A stretch of DNA of 64,000 nt from Felis catus (GCF_018350175.1 NC_058368.1:231696001-231760000); one strand, 5' to 3'. Numbered from the stretch's first letter, positions 24,010 to 36,982 are shown. The notes: a model not told the origin generated them from the letters alone. Made by a program: numbers and translations.

Positions 24010-25222
24010 ATCTAGCACAATACCCAGAAGAGCGAGAGCCAAATGTATATTTAATGAACGAATGCATTTTATTACTCTTACAGATGCAAAACTTTTAGAA
24101 GCTTTTGACACTTCTTGGACCTTTAGTAAGTAGGTTCTTACCAGGCGAGTATTTCAAGGTTTAAAGGAAAGAGGAAGGAAATAGCCTTGCACGTGTCTAG
24201 TGTGGAGAAATGAAACCACCCAAAAACATACAGCTCAAACAGTAAATTCTGTGCTTCTGCATTTTTCTTGAGACGGGATATCTACGTTTCATTTTGTTGT
24301 CTACGTAAAGTAACCCTTTGGCCACTTTTGCCCTCTGCAAGTCACATTCATCTCTCTCTAAAAGAGACTTTAATTATAATAAGGAAATAGTCCATTCTAT
24401 AAAAAACTTTAAGTTTTCTGAAATGTTTCATCATGAAGAGCAGCAATATGATGGCAGGAAAGAAGAGGAAATACAACTATGATGTGTAAGTTTTATTTGG
24501 GAAAGGTCTCCCGCTCTTTCAAAACACATGGGACCGATCAAACGCATTATAATATAAATTGGGGAAGAATTGTTTCCAATATAGGAAGACATAACTTTAC
24601 AAAAGTATTAGGGGTTGATATACATACAGATAGGCTTCAAAATTAGTATTTGTCAAAGCACCATTGATTCTAATTTCTAGCATTTCAATTTCCTTTCATT
24701 CGTGTGTGGCCAATCATCATTGTTTTCTTGCTCCTCAGAGAAACAGGCATCTTTTTTTCCTCGTCGTTGTACCAGGTTGTGCTCATATGCAACATGAATA
24801 AGGCATTGAGGAGGACTTTTGGAACACCCAGTGTCACTCCGTCACATTTCATTTTTCTTGCCAGAAAAGTAGTTTATTCCATGCAGTAACTCAAAGTTAT
24901 TCAACCTAGTCCCAGAAAATCTGCCATTCGTCTTGTTGCCAGACATATAAAGAGAAGGATTTCAGTCAAAGAAAAGTTCAGGGAAGAAACAGATGAATAT
25001 CATTACGGGACTCCCTATGTGATATGTCCGCCATATTGCCAATGAAATAGTAACCCCTTTCAGCAAGAATTGCTCGCCACCCATGCACGTGAGGAAACAC
25101 AATTCGTTTTTCCCATTTCTACTTTTTAGAGACCAATCGGTCAGCGATGTTCACCTATATGAGAAGTATTGAGCAGCCTCATCATTCCTCTGAAAAATGT
25201 TGTAATGCTGATGCTTCTTATA

Positions 25223-25612
25223 TTCTATGGATTGAATTATGCACGCGCCCCAAATTCATATGTGGAAGCCCTAACCCCAGCACCCCAGAATGTGACAGTA
25301 TTTGGAAATAAGACCTTTACAGAGCAAACTAAGTTAAAAATGAGATCATTTGGGTGGGTCCTAATCCAGTGTGACTCATGTCCTTATAAGAAGAGGAGAT
25401 TCGATACACAGACATGTACAGAGGGAAGGGCACGAGAAGATACAGGGAGAAGATGGCCATCTGCAAGAAAAGGGGAGGCCTCAGAAAAGACCATTGAAGC
25501 CACTTCCTTGTGGACTTCTCACCCCTGGAATTGTGAGAATATGAATTTCTGTTGTTGAAACCATTGAGTCTGTGGTACTTTATGATGGCAGCTCAGGCCC
25601 ACTCCTAAGCTA
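25223..25612 (+). mobile_element. MaLR solo LTR (MLT1B-like)
   Basis: ccccaaattcatatgtggaagccctaacccc...ccttataagaagaggagatt...gaagatggccatctgcaag...tgtggtactttatgatggcagc. Confidence 0.85.
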
Positions 25613-26499
25613 TATTCCAAGTCTGTTGTGCAGTTGTGTGGTATAGATTTGAATTTCTTAGAATGTCCCTCCCAGTCTTTTCTACTGCTTCCTGGCCAAG
25701 TACACAAATTGAAAATAAGAACAAAGATAATGAAGGACATCACCAAGGAGGCATATATAGCTATATCCTTATAGCTATGGCTGGTCTGTAGCTGGATTCT
25801 ACATTTGCCTGAGATCACAATTTTCATTTGTTAAATTGGGCCTACAAGGGTACTGGAATGGACACATAGTTTTTGGTCCAGAAACCTCATTATTTCAAAA
25901 TTGTGAACACGATGAATGATTCCATTTCAATGGTAGAAAACATAAGCTAGATACTGAATCAGGGTCATTTTTAAAATGAACTCACTTAGAATCTTGGTTT
26001 GTTTTTTTTTTAACTTTATTACCCAATTTGTGGGAAAAGCTCAAATCATTGCAAGAATTTTTTAAAAAGATGTTCCACCACCACGGCTCACTTCCTCTGT
26101 CATGCGGGAGGTGCCACAATGGTTCTTCAGAAGCAGACAGTGTGGCTGGTGATGTTAAAAGCCTCAATTTTCTATAAATAGAAATAAATTGTAGAATACG
26201 AATGGTGGTCAAACCACCTTTTTTTTTTTCAGAGAAAAATAGGCAGAGACAGGAAATGAAAGATACCAAGATTGATTTCTTCTTCTAAGTATCTGTCTAA
26301 AATTTAAAATTTGGAAGAGAAAAAAAATTCCTCAGTGCCTTTTTAGACATTTGTATAATTTCATGCAATGCTCTTCAAGAAACCCACAAGAGATAACCCA
26401 GGAAGAGCTGAAGTAAGTCTAGAATTATGGATTCTAGTGACATTCTCATACTACTTGCTTGTTTAAGAACAAGATGATTGAAATTTGGGTCCTCCCCCC

Positions 26500-26564
26500 T
26501 CAGTTTTATTGAGAATAATGACATATGACTATATATCTATATCTATCTATCTATCTATTTAAAG

Positions 26565-26603
<39 letters not shown>

Positions 26604-27118
26604 TATATAAGTTTAAGGCATACAGGATAATTGTTTTATTTATAGATATTATGAAAGAATCACACAATAAATTCAGCTAACATACCGTCTCCTATAGATA
26701 CAATGAAAAGAAGAGAACAAATTTTCTTCTTGTGATTAGAACTCCTAGAATTTACTTGTTTAACAACTTTTTGATAAATCACATGGCACTGTTAACTGCA
26801 GTCATCATGTTGTATGATTTTGTACATCCCCAGTATATCCCTACTACTGATTTATCATTTACCTGAATTTTTACCTTTGACCCCCTTCCTCCAACTCTCC
26901 CTCCGCACACCCTTGACCTTTGGTAACTACATACAGTCTGATCTCTTTTTCTTTGGTTTGCTTATTTATTTCTTTGGATTCCACATGTAAGTGAGAACAC
27001 ACAGTATTTGTCTTTGTCTGACTTATTTCACTTAACATAATCCCTTCAAGTTCCATCCATGTTATTGCAAATGGTTGAATTTTTTTTTTAAATGACTGGA
27101 TAAAATCCATTGGATATA
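26500..27118 (-). mobile_element. LINE-1 3' end (L1_Carn/L1MA9-like)
   Basis: ORF 26871-27179(-) contains PFAITWMELEGIMLSEISQ (ORF2p C-terminus), followed by 3' UTR. Confidence 0.9.
26530..26609. repeat. Compound (TATC)n / (AC)15 microsatellite
   Basis: Directly visible inside the L1 3' UTR. Confidence 0.9.
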
Positions 27119-27770
27119 CAGTAAAAACTTGGTTTGTGAGCATAATTCGGTCCAGAAACATGCTTCCAATCCAAAGCACTTGTATATCAAAGTGAATTTC
27201 CCCGTAAGAAATAATGGAAACTTGGATGATTCACTCCACAACCCAAGAATATTCATCTAAAAGTGATTACAATACTGTAATATAACACAAAATGATAAAG
27301 AAAATACAAAGTATAAAGAAAAATAAACAAATTAACTTACACTTACCTTTGAAAACCTTCGTGGCTGGCCTGAGGGAGACAAGAGAGAGGCGGGTTATTG
27401 TGTAGGACGACTTTCATCATCACTAACGGAATCACTGCTGTCCATTGGCTCAATGGAATCTTTTTCTTTTTGCGAACTTTAACGAGGAATCTATCCACTG
27501 ACCTAGAACGAAGCAACGCATTCCTAAGCTTACTCTTGGATGGAAAAGGAAAAGACTGTCCATAGGTGTTCTGAAGTGACAAAACATACACCACTGCCAC
27601 TAGTGGGCACCTTCCAAGTTCTGAAAAATCACTGATTTGTGTCAAACACCACAGCCCGAGACCAAGCATCTGAGCATGGGAGACGATCATCCACCATCTT
27701 GCAGTGAAAGAGAGAGAGAGACAAACAGAGACAGAGACAGAGAAAGAACCATTGGCTCAATTGTGATTGT
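27119..27770. mobile_element. Tigger/pogo-like (Tc1-mariner) DNA transposon remnant, one terminus only
   Basis: Begins TA|CAGTAAAAACTTGGTTTGTGAGCATAATTCG, a TA target plus CAG-starting TIR typical of Tigger/pogo; the matching right TIR is not found. Confidence 0.55.
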
Positions 27771-28247
27771 GTGCCATTGTGCTGGTTGTTGTGAGCTCTC
27801 CCTCTCCCTGTCACACTCAGGTTCCCAGTGGCTGAGTCCTACACCTTTCCTGCAACCCCAGTGGTGGGAGATCAGAGTAGGGGCTTCTGGAAAGAGATCC
27901 ACAATGCAGGTAAGGGAAAAAGGTTGTCCCCATGCCGGGGTTCCTTTTGTCCCCTTAGAAGAACCGAAGGCTCAGGGGAGACCTCTCTGCCCGGTGGTGT
28001 GCTGACTGGGGGGAGGGGCAAGGTGATCAGTATGTAGGCATTTCTCCTACCTTCTAATAGTCTGGCTCGGTCTCTGTGGTGCAGGCAGTGGTTACTTTGG
28101 CCTCACCCCTGTGTTCTAAGATTCTCTCAGTAGTGTCATATTCTTAAAGAGTTGTTAGTTGTTTGTGTGTGTGTGGGGGGGGGGGAACACAGTCAGAAAC
28201 AAACTATGTCACCATCCCTAGAATCTCAAGAAAAAGATAATGATGCA

Positions 28248-28398
28248 GGGACACCTGGGTGACTCAGTCGGTTGACCATTAGACTCTTGATTTCGGCTCA
28301 GGTCATGATCTCACAGTTCGTGAGATCAAGACCCATGTTGGGATCTGTGCTGACATTATAGAGCTTCCTTGAGATTCTCTCTCTCTTCCCTTCCCCTG

Positions 28399-28430
<32 letters not shown>

Positions 28431-28488
28431 GAAGAAGAAGGAGGAGGAGGTGGGGGAGGAGGGGAAGGAGAAGAAGAAGAAAAAAAAG
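28248..28488 (+). mobile_element. CanSINE (older) with purine-repeat tail
   Basis: GGGACACCTGGGTGACTCAGTCGGTT head, long (CT)n, tail expanded into GAA/GAG repeats. Confidence 0.93.
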
Positions 28489-28883
28489 TTGGGGGGAAAT
28501 CTCATTGTGCTCAGAACTTTATGGATTCGTTTTTTGGTTTAAGGCAGAGTGAAGCTCTGTTTTTTCACACATTGGGATTAGGTTAAACACCAGAAGTTTT
28601 TCAGAGTTTAGAAGACACAGAAATAGGTTACCTGAGAAATAATGGGACCTCTTTCTCTGAAGAACTTTGAAACAATTATCTGATTCTTTTCTGTCAAAGG
28701 TGCAGAGTTGTGTTTCCTCTTTGGGCTGATGATGCCCCAGAGACCCTTATAAACTTTTGTCGATATAAGAAAAAAGTGAATTATTACTTCAAAGATGCTA
28801 CCGGCCTTTAGCTAACAATGTCTTTGTAGAGGGCACTGTCAAGAACCAGAAACAGCATGCTGTAATTAAAAGAATGCAAGTTT

Positions 28884-29097
28884 GGAGCGCCTGGGTGGCT
28901 CAGTCGGTTAAGCGGCCGACTTTGGCTCAGGTCATGATCTCGCGGTCCGTGAGTTTGAGCCCGGCGTCGGGCTCTGTGCTGCCAGCTCAGAGCCTGGAGC
29001 CTATTTCAGATTCTGTGTCTCCCTCTCTCTGACCCTCCCCCATTCATGCTCTGTCTCTCTCTGTCTCACAAATAAATAAACATTTATTTTTTTAAAA
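28884..29097 (+). mobile_element. CanSINE (SINEC_Fc)
   Basis: GGAGCGCCTGGGTGGCTCAGTCGGTTAAGCGGCCGAC...AATAAATAAACATT. Confidence 0.96.
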
Positions 29098-29990
29098 GGA
29101 GCTTTGTTGAACTATAATCGATATACAAAAATTTCACATATTTAATGTATACAATTGGATGAGCTTGGACATATGCGCACACCCATGAAAGCCTCAGCAC
29201 AGTCAAGGTAATAAACATATCTGTCACCTCCAAAAGTTTCTTGATGACCACTCCCTCTTTTTTTGGTGGTAGGAACACTTCTCATGAGATCTACCCTTTA
29301 TACAAATATTTTAAGCACGTAATACAGCATCGTTAACTACGGGCACTATTTTTTTTATGTTTCTATTTATTTATTTTGAGAGAGAGAGAGAGAGAGAGAG
29401 AGACCGAGTGCACGTGAATGGATGAGGGGCAGAGAGAGAGAGAGAGAGAGAGAATCTGAAGCAGGCTCCTCGCCACCAGAGCAGAGCCCAATGTGGGGTT
29501 CAAACTCATGAACCCTGAGATCATGACCTGAGCAGAAGTCAAGAATTGGATGCTTAACTGGCTGAGCCACCCTCGCGCCCCCTACAGGAACTATTTTATA
29601 CAGCGGATCTCTAGAACTTACTCATTTGCGTAGCTGAAAGTTTATACCCATTGAACAATTCCCTGTTCTCCCCGTCCCCAAGCCTCTGGCAACTACCAAT
29701 CTACTCTCTGCTTCTAAGAGTTTATTTTAGTTCCCTCATATAAGTGGAATCATGCAGTATTTTTCTTTCTGTGTCTGTCTTATTTCACTTAGCACGATGT
29801 TCTCCAGGTCCATCCATGTTGTTTCATATGGCACAATTTCCTTTTTTCAATGTTGAGTAGTATTCCATTGGAAGTATATTTTCTTTATCCACTCCTTCAT
29901 GAGGAGCACTTGGATTGTTTCTGCACTTTGCCTATTGTGAATAATACTGCACTAACATGGGAGTGCAGATATCTCTTCAAGATCCTGACT
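29098..29990 (-). mobile_element. LINE-1 3' end (L1MA10/L1MB-like), interrupted by a SINE
   Basis: cctctggcaactaccaatctactctctgcttcta, catataagtggaatcatgcagtat, cttatttcacttagcacgatgttctccaggtccatccatgttg. Confidence 0.85.
29353..29581 (-). mobile_element. CanSINE inside L1
   Basis: TSD ctacgggcactatttt (29337-29352) / ctacaggaactatttt (29582-29597). Confidence 0.94.
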
Positions 29991-30739
29991 TTGGTCTACT
30001 CTTTTGTACTGTACCATCTGACATTTTTCTTGACATTCCTATAGTTTAGTGCTATGGACACTGAAGTAAGCCAGAACCTTCTTTCAGCTTAGTTCTTAAG
30101 TGGTCAAGACTTTTGTATTGTAAAACTCCTTGCCCGCAAAAAGAGTCAGATGTCACTTCATTTTCACTATATGTACTAAAATATCATGGGATAGGATAAA
30201 TAAATTTGGAACACAAAGACAAAGAACAAATACAAACTTTTTCTTTTAATTTTTCATTTGAAAAAAAAATTTAAAGCGTATTTTTCCATGAAGTCTGTGA
30301 AGTCTGGCCATATCTGCAAGCACACGGCATTTCCAGAATATTCTCTGCCTTCATAGGGTGTTATTACTAAAAAATGTGTTGTTGTGGCTGTTAAAACAAA
30401 ATTTGCTGACTTGTCAGGTGTGTTTATATATATCGTAAAGGTACCTACTTCCCCCTTTTCATGTTTTCCTGTGACAGCACATTTTTAAACTGTCAATGAA
30501 CAAATCTGTCTCAAATTTACTAATAACAAAATTGAATACTGCACTTTTACAGAAAGGTGCTTTTTTATACAAACATTTAAAAGATTAACCCAGAATTTTG
30601 GGATTCCAATTTTTACATAATATTGAAAACCTTTGGGGATGCTATGCATATTATTTTATGATATTGCTATAGCAATCAAAGGTAAACAATTCATTTGAAA
30701 ACTACTAACATAGAATATACCTAAGATGTTTGTACAAGC

Positions 30740-31290
30740 TTATTTTCAGGAGGTTTTGAATCATATTTTCAAGTCCCAAGAAAAAAATCTATTCAGATTT
30801 TGATTAAAATTCCATTAGAACTATATATTCACTGAAGAAAATGCATATATTAAAATATTCATCATGTTCTTATCTATGAATATAGCATGGTGCTCCTTTA
30901 GTTTTTTAAAAATATTTTGTTTTTCACAATAAAATTATCTTTCCCTAACGAGGTTATTCCTTGATGCTTAGTGTTATGAATGTGCTGAGAACAAGATATC
31001 TACCTATTTAGATTTTTATGTTTCTGGGGCATGAGTTAGAATTAAGGGTTCAACTTTACTGAATTTTCTTATTCTCTGAGATTTTTTACTCATTGATTTT
31101 TTTTTTTGGATTTTTAATTCTTTTTTTTTTGCAATTTTTAATAACTTTTGCCTTATCCTTCTTAATGGTTATATTTTTATTTTTGTTCCACATTTTATTG
31201 CATAAATCAGAACTTTAAGAATTTTATAAAATAACAACAGTGATGATTATCATATTCCTGGTTTTAACCAGAACATGTTTAACATTTTAA
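30740..31290 (-). mobile_element. Ancient AT-rich L1M ORF2 remnant
   Basis: cagattttgattaaaattccattagaactatatatt and cttatctatgaatatagcat resemble antisense L1 ORF2; very diverged. Confidence 0.4.
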
Positions 31291-31295
31291 AATCA

Positions 31296-31487
31296 TTAAC
31301 ATCCAACTCTTGATTTTCGCTGAGGTCATGATTTCATGGTTCATGAAATTGAGCCCTGCATCATGCTCTTTGCTGACAGTGGGGAGCTTGCTTGAGATTC
31401 TTTCTCTCCCTCTTTCTCTGTCCCTCTCCTGCTTGTGCTCTCTCTCTCTCTCTCTCAAAAAATTTTTTTTTAAAAATTAAATTAAAT
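31296..31487 (+). mobile_element. CanSINE, 5'-truncated, older
   Basis: catccaactcttgattttcgctgaggtcatgatttc...(CT)n and A/T tail. Confidence 0.88.
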
Positions 31488-31529
31488 GATGTGTGGTAGA
31501 TATTGGTTTGAAACTTTTTAAAAATCATA

Positions 31530-33202
31530 CTAGAACTGATCCATGAATTGCAAAGTTGCAGGATATAAAATCAATGTACAGAAATCGGTTGCATTCCTAT
31601 ACACCAACAATGAAGCAACAGAAAGAGAAGTCAAGGAATCGATCCCATTTACAATAGCACCAAAAATCATAAAATACCTAAGAATAAATCCAACCAAAGA
31701 GGTGAAAAATCTATACACTGAAAATTATAGAAAGCTTATGAAAGAAATTGAAGAAGACACAAAAAAAATGGAAAAAGATTCCATGCTCCTGGATAGGAAG
31801 AACAAATATTGTTAAAATGTCGATACTACCCAAAGCAATCTACATATTCAATGCAATCCTTATCAAAATAACACCAGCATTCTTCACAGAGCTAGAACAA
31901 TCTTAAAATTTGTATGGAACCAGAAAAGACCCCGAATAGCCAAAGCGATCTTGAAAAAGAATACCAAATCAGGAGACATCACAATCCCGGACTTCAAGCT
32001 GTATTACAAAACTGTAATCATCAAGACAGTGTGATACTGGCACAAAAACAGACACTCACATCAGTGGAACAGAATAGAGAACCCAGAAATGGACCCACAA
32101 ATGTATGACCAGCTAATCTTTGACAAAGCAGGAAAGAATATCCAAAGACAGTCTCTTCAGCAAATGGTGCTGGGAAAATGGTAGGCGACATGCTGAAAAA
32201 TAAACCTGGACCACTTTCTTAAACCATACACAAAAAGAAGCTCAAAATGGATGAAAGACCTCAAGGTAAGACAAGAAGTCACCAAAATCCTCGAGGAGAA
32301 AGCAGGCAAAAACCTCTTTGTCCCTGGACGCAGCAACTTTTTACTCAGCACATGTCCGGAGGCAAGGGAAACAAAAGCAAAAATGAACTATTGGGACCTC
32401 ATCAAAATAAAAAGCTTGTGCACAGTGAAGGAAACAATCAACAAAACTAAAAGGCAACTGACAGAATGGGAGAAGATATTTGCAAACGACATATCAGATA
32501 AAGGGTAGTATCCAAAATCTATAAAGAACTTATCAAACTCAACATCCCAAAATCAATCCAGTGAAGAAATGGGCAAAAGACATGAATAGACATTTCTCCA
32601 AAGAAGACATCCAGATGGCCAACCGACATGTGAAAAAATGCTCCACATCACTCATCATCAGGGAAATACAAATCAAAACCTCAATGAGATACCACCTCAC
32701 ACCTGTCAGAATGGCTAACATTTCAACTCAGGCAACAACAGATGTTGGCGAAGATGTGGAGAGAGAGGATCTCTTTTGCACTGCTGGTGGGAATGCAAAC
32801 TGGTGCAGGCACTCTGGAAAACAGTATGGAGGTTCCTCAAAAAATTAAAAATAGAACTACCTACGACCCAGCAATTGCAATGCTAGGTATTTATCCAAGG
32901 GATACAGGTATGCTGTTTCGAAGGGACATATGCACCCCAACGTTTGCAGCAGCACTATCAACAATAGCCAAAGTATGGAAAGAGCCCCAATGTCCATCGA
33001 TGGATGGATGGATAAAGAAGATGTGGTATGTATATATACATACACACACACACACACAACGGAGTATTACTCGGCCATCAAAAAGAAAGAAATCTTGCCA
33101 TTTGCAACTATGTGGATGGAACTGAAGGGTATTATGCTAAGTGAAATTAGTCAGTCAGGGAAAGACAAATATCATATGACTTCACTTATAAGAGGACTTT
33201 AA
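31530..33202 (+). pseudogene. Disrupted L1 ORF2p (end of RT domain and C-terminal domain)
   Basis: Fragments in shifting frames: [90 protein letters not shown]; frameshifts, stops and an internal (CA)n. Confidence 0.95.
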
Positions 33203-33442
33203 GATACAAAACAGATGAACATAAGGGAAGGGAAGCAAAAATAATATAAACACAGGGAGGAGGATGAAACATAAGAGACTCTTAAATATGGAGAACAAAC
33301 AGAGGGTTATGGGAGGGGTTGTGGGAGAGGGGATGGGCTAAATGGGTAAGGGACATTAAGAAATCTACTGAAATCATTGTTGCTAAGTATATGCTGACTA
33401 ACTTGGATGTAAATTAAAAAAATAAATTAAATAAAATGGTAA
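31530..33442 (+). mobile_element. 5'-truncated carnivore/felid LINE-1 (about 1.9 kb)
   Basis: ORF2 3' half plus 3' UTR and A-rich tail; TSD aaaaatcata at 31520-31529 and 33443-33452. Confidence 0.97.
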
Positions 33443-33625
33443 AAAAATCATATCAAGAAAGTATGCAATTTGTAGTTTACTGAGTTTATGTTTAATAAAA
33501 TTCAATGAACGTTTTTGGCAAATAGTAGGATCCTTAGTTTTTCATATTGGTTTTTCTAACGTACAAAATTATATTAACAGATTTTCTAGTACTAGGCCTG
33601 CTTTGCATTAGGGGTATCAACCTTA

Positions 33626-33770
33626 TTTTATGAGAGAGAGACAGGATCTTAAGCAAGCTCCATGCTCAGCACAGAGCCCAGCTCGGGGCTTGATCCCATG
33701 ACCCTGGGATCATGACTTGAGCTAAAATCACGAGTTGGACGCTCAACCGACTGAGCCACCCAGATGTCCC
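33626..33770 (-). mobile_element. CanSINE (older, short linker)
   Basis: ggatcttaagcaagctccatgctcagc...ctgagccacccagatgtccc. Confidence 0.88.
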
Positions 33771-34045
33771 ATTATAGTTTCGAAGTACAGTGTGTAATCA
33801 GGAAGTGAGATATTTCCTGCTTTGTTCTTCTTTCTCAAGATTGCCTTCACTATATGGGGTCTTTTATGGTTCCATATGACTTTTAGGAGTTTTTTTTCCA
33901 TTTCTGTGAAAAATGCCATTGGAATTTTGATAGGGATTGCATTTGGGTGATACAGACTTTCTCACAATGTTAATTCTTCCAGTCAGTAAACATGAGATAT
34001 TTTTCCATTTGTTTGTGTCTTCAATGTTTCCATCAATGTCTAGTA
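33771..34045 (-). mobile_element. LINE-1 ORF2 fragment
   Basis: ORF 33864-34124(-) includes IEDTNKWKNISCLLTGRINIV, an ORF2p motif. Confidence 0.85.
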
Positions 34046-35524
34046 TTATTTTAACTTGAAGAAAATCTTCCTTGTCTTGGGGGACAATTTCCTCTTTTCC
34101 CTTTCTTGAGTATTTGTCTTCCAAGAGACTGTCTTGTTTTCTTACAGACAGCTTTTAGGTTTAATTCGATTTCAAGCATTTTCATTGCAGCTGTATTTTC
34201 TTCCCTCCTCTTTCCTGTCATCTTTCCCTTCTTTTTTTTCTTCTTTTTCAGGTTATTTCTCTTTTTGAGCTTCTTTGGTTGACGGCTCAGTTCACTTACC
34301 TTTGTTTTATCTCGTTCGTAATGAAAACATTTAAAGTGGTGAATTTTTCTCTGATTATATGCTTGGCTCTGTGCTTTGGTGTCTTATATGTTTTATTCTC
34401 ATTTTGTTATTGTATTTGTAGCTGAAGCTTTTGACTCTATTTTTAACCAATGATTATATAGGATATTGTATAATTTTGAAGTGGTTGGAAAAGTTGTTTT
34501 ATTTTCAAAAGTAATACTAAAATTTCTTCTTTACCTTGACTGCACTAGGTAATAGGGAAAAAATGCAAATGTTTTACTCTCTCTCTCTGTCTCTCTCTCT
34601 GCCTTTAGTAATACATTCCAAGACTTTCAAAACACATTATTGTCATTAAATTATTATTTTCAATCTTGCATATATTTTCTTCTGCACTGCCAGTAGCCCC
34701 CTTAGGTTCATCCACCATAAAATGACTTTACTTTCCACCTGTTAATGTGAGTTATTACTTTTTCTAGTGTGTGCTTTAACTTACCTCACTTAAAATTGTT
34801 TTCGTGTAACGTGTCTTCATTTCATCCGCTGTCCCTTTCCCTGAAGACTTTCTCTTCACACTTCTTTCTTTGTCGTTCCTCCGAGATGACCTTCTCTAGC
34901 TTCTTACCCATTTTACCTGCCTCCCACTCCATTTCCTGAATTATGCTTTAATGGTGGTGGTAAATATTTGACTGAGGTATGTCCCCTCCTGTGTCTTCAA
35001 GATGGCGTTCCCCCTGCTCGCCCTGAGGGCTTTCTCCCAGGTCCTGCTGCACATGAGGGTCTTTGCTTCCAATGGTCGTGGAGACCTGCCATTCCCTCAG
35101 TTTGAGTCTCTGTACACCACACGGCCTTACCCGCCATCCCCTTGGGTGCTCCAGATTTTTGGACCTTCAGAGTTTCAATACCCAGCATCTAGGCCAATCT
35201 TGCCCCAACCTTCCTTTGTTAATTCTGCAGAGAAGATGAAAGTTCATCCACTTTTTCCTTAGGCCTGAATGGATCTCAATCCAGTTCTACCTGCCTTGAA
35301 GTTGGTGCAAATGTCTTCCCAATGCCAGAAACAGAAGTGCAGCTCGGTCAGACCTGGACCTAGTTTATGGGATTCCATGCTCCCCTGTACCATCAAAGTT
35401 GTTTTACTGAGAAAGGTTTGAGGCATTCTCCGGGCTATGGCAAGATGGCAACCGAAGAAACAATCATAATGTTACCACTGGTTATAGTTTTAATGGCACC
35501 CAAAGCAGCGATTTTGTGAAGAGC

Positions 35525-35725
35525 TTTCGAGTATTAAGCACTAGGCATGAATTACTGAATTGCTTTCTTGAATGCACTCGGTGTGATGGATAATATGATT
35601 CCCTCCTCTTTCCAGATGAAGAAAGTGTCTAAGGAAATATGAAGTGGCCTCCCTAAGTCATACAGCAGGTGCACAGGGGGGCTGCGAATCCCCCAGCCAG
35701 TTTAACTCCAGAATCAACACTGCTA
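35525..35725 (-). mobile_element. MIR
   Basis: ttccagatgaagaaag...ccctaagtcatacagc...aactccaga resembles the antisense MIR core. Confidence 0.5.
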
Positions 35726-36097
35726 GTCGTGTACTGGAGCTAGAGAGTATTTTACAAAGTACTTAGTCTACTTCTAGAATTCCAGAATTAAGACTCTGAA
35801 CAGTATCACGGATTTGAGAAAAGATCTTTAATGGTGAACAAGTGAAATAAAGTGATGGAACATCGACAATACAGTGAATTCTAGAGAAAAGTGAGGAAAA
35901 AGAGGGAAAACTCCTGGAATGACCTCCATGGGATATTAGTGGTTGGCATAAACCTCAGTAATCAATATATGTGAAAGAGTTAAGGAATAATTGTTTTACA
36001 GATTTTCAAGTGTGTTTTCTTACACTGTCCTCTTGAACACTTATGTTATAATTGATGGGACATTCTCACCAAACATCATGACCTACAAAACTGAATT

Positions 36098-36284
36098 TAT
36101 TTATTTTATTTTATTAATGTTTTAAGTTTATTTATTCATGGGGGGGCAGAGACAGAACCCCAAGCAGGCTCCGCACTGTCAGCGCAGAGCCTGACCTGAG
36201 GCTCGAACTCAGGAACAGTGAGGTCATGACCTGAGCCGAAACCAAGAGCCAGATGTTTAGCCGGCTGCACCACCCAGGCACCCC
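36098..36284 (-). mobile_element. CanSINE
   Basis: Reverse SINE; degenerate TSD tacaaaactgaatt (36084-36097) / tgcaaaactggatt (36285-36298). Confidence 0.93.
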
Positions 36285-36982
36285 TGCAAAACTGGATTGA
36301 AAATGAGAGAATAAAAGAGATTGCAAATGGACATCAAACAAGAGAAACCTATTACAAAGAAATTGGCCTTCAACCTTTTCTTTTTACCGATTCATGGGTG
36401 TCAGGAGGAGGCAATATACTTCAAACACAGGATGACACCTATTAAAACGTTGGCAGCCAAAATGAAGAAAACTTTTGTTTTTCAAGTAGAGTAACAGAAT
36501 CATTTTTTTTTTCAATTCTTTTACCTTTATTTGGGGAAAACAAATGTTGTTTCCAAGACCCTGTTTCGGCTGCCCTGAAGCTAACGACAAGAAGTCGCTT
36601 TGTGGTTCTTCTCTCGTTTGATTCGCGACTACTGAAATTCCCTTTGATCTGATCTTAATTTCTTCCATATTTTTATGAATTAAAACCTTGTTTGATTTTG
36701 TTTGCTCCAATTGTTGTAATTTATCACCGGCTTTCTTCTTGTCAACAGCTGCAGACATCTTAGATGCTACACTTAAAAGGGTCAATTTTGTGATTCGTTT
36801 GTGTCTTAATTTTGGCAAAGGAACCTAATTAGTTAGAACTCATCCCTCATGAATTACTGAGCAGCGGTTTCCCTTGGGTAGTCCCACTAGACCCGGAACA
36901 GCTTTGTTAAAATTGGATGCCTCTCAGGGGAAAAAATTAAAAAGCCGGTAATTTATTTGAAGATAAACTATGGCTGATTCTT

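Noticed and set aside
25169..25558. 129-aa ORF with a hydrophobic N-terminus
   Set aside because: Lies almost entirely within an MLT1B-like LTR.
31543..33202. Active reverse transcriptase gene
   Set aside because: 5'-truncated L1 lacking promoter, ORF1, endonuclease and most of RT, with frameshifts and stops.
36384..36818. 144-aa Lys-rich minus-strand ORF
   Set aside because: Non-ATG start, Lys richness reflects T-runs on the plus strand, and no recognisable homology.
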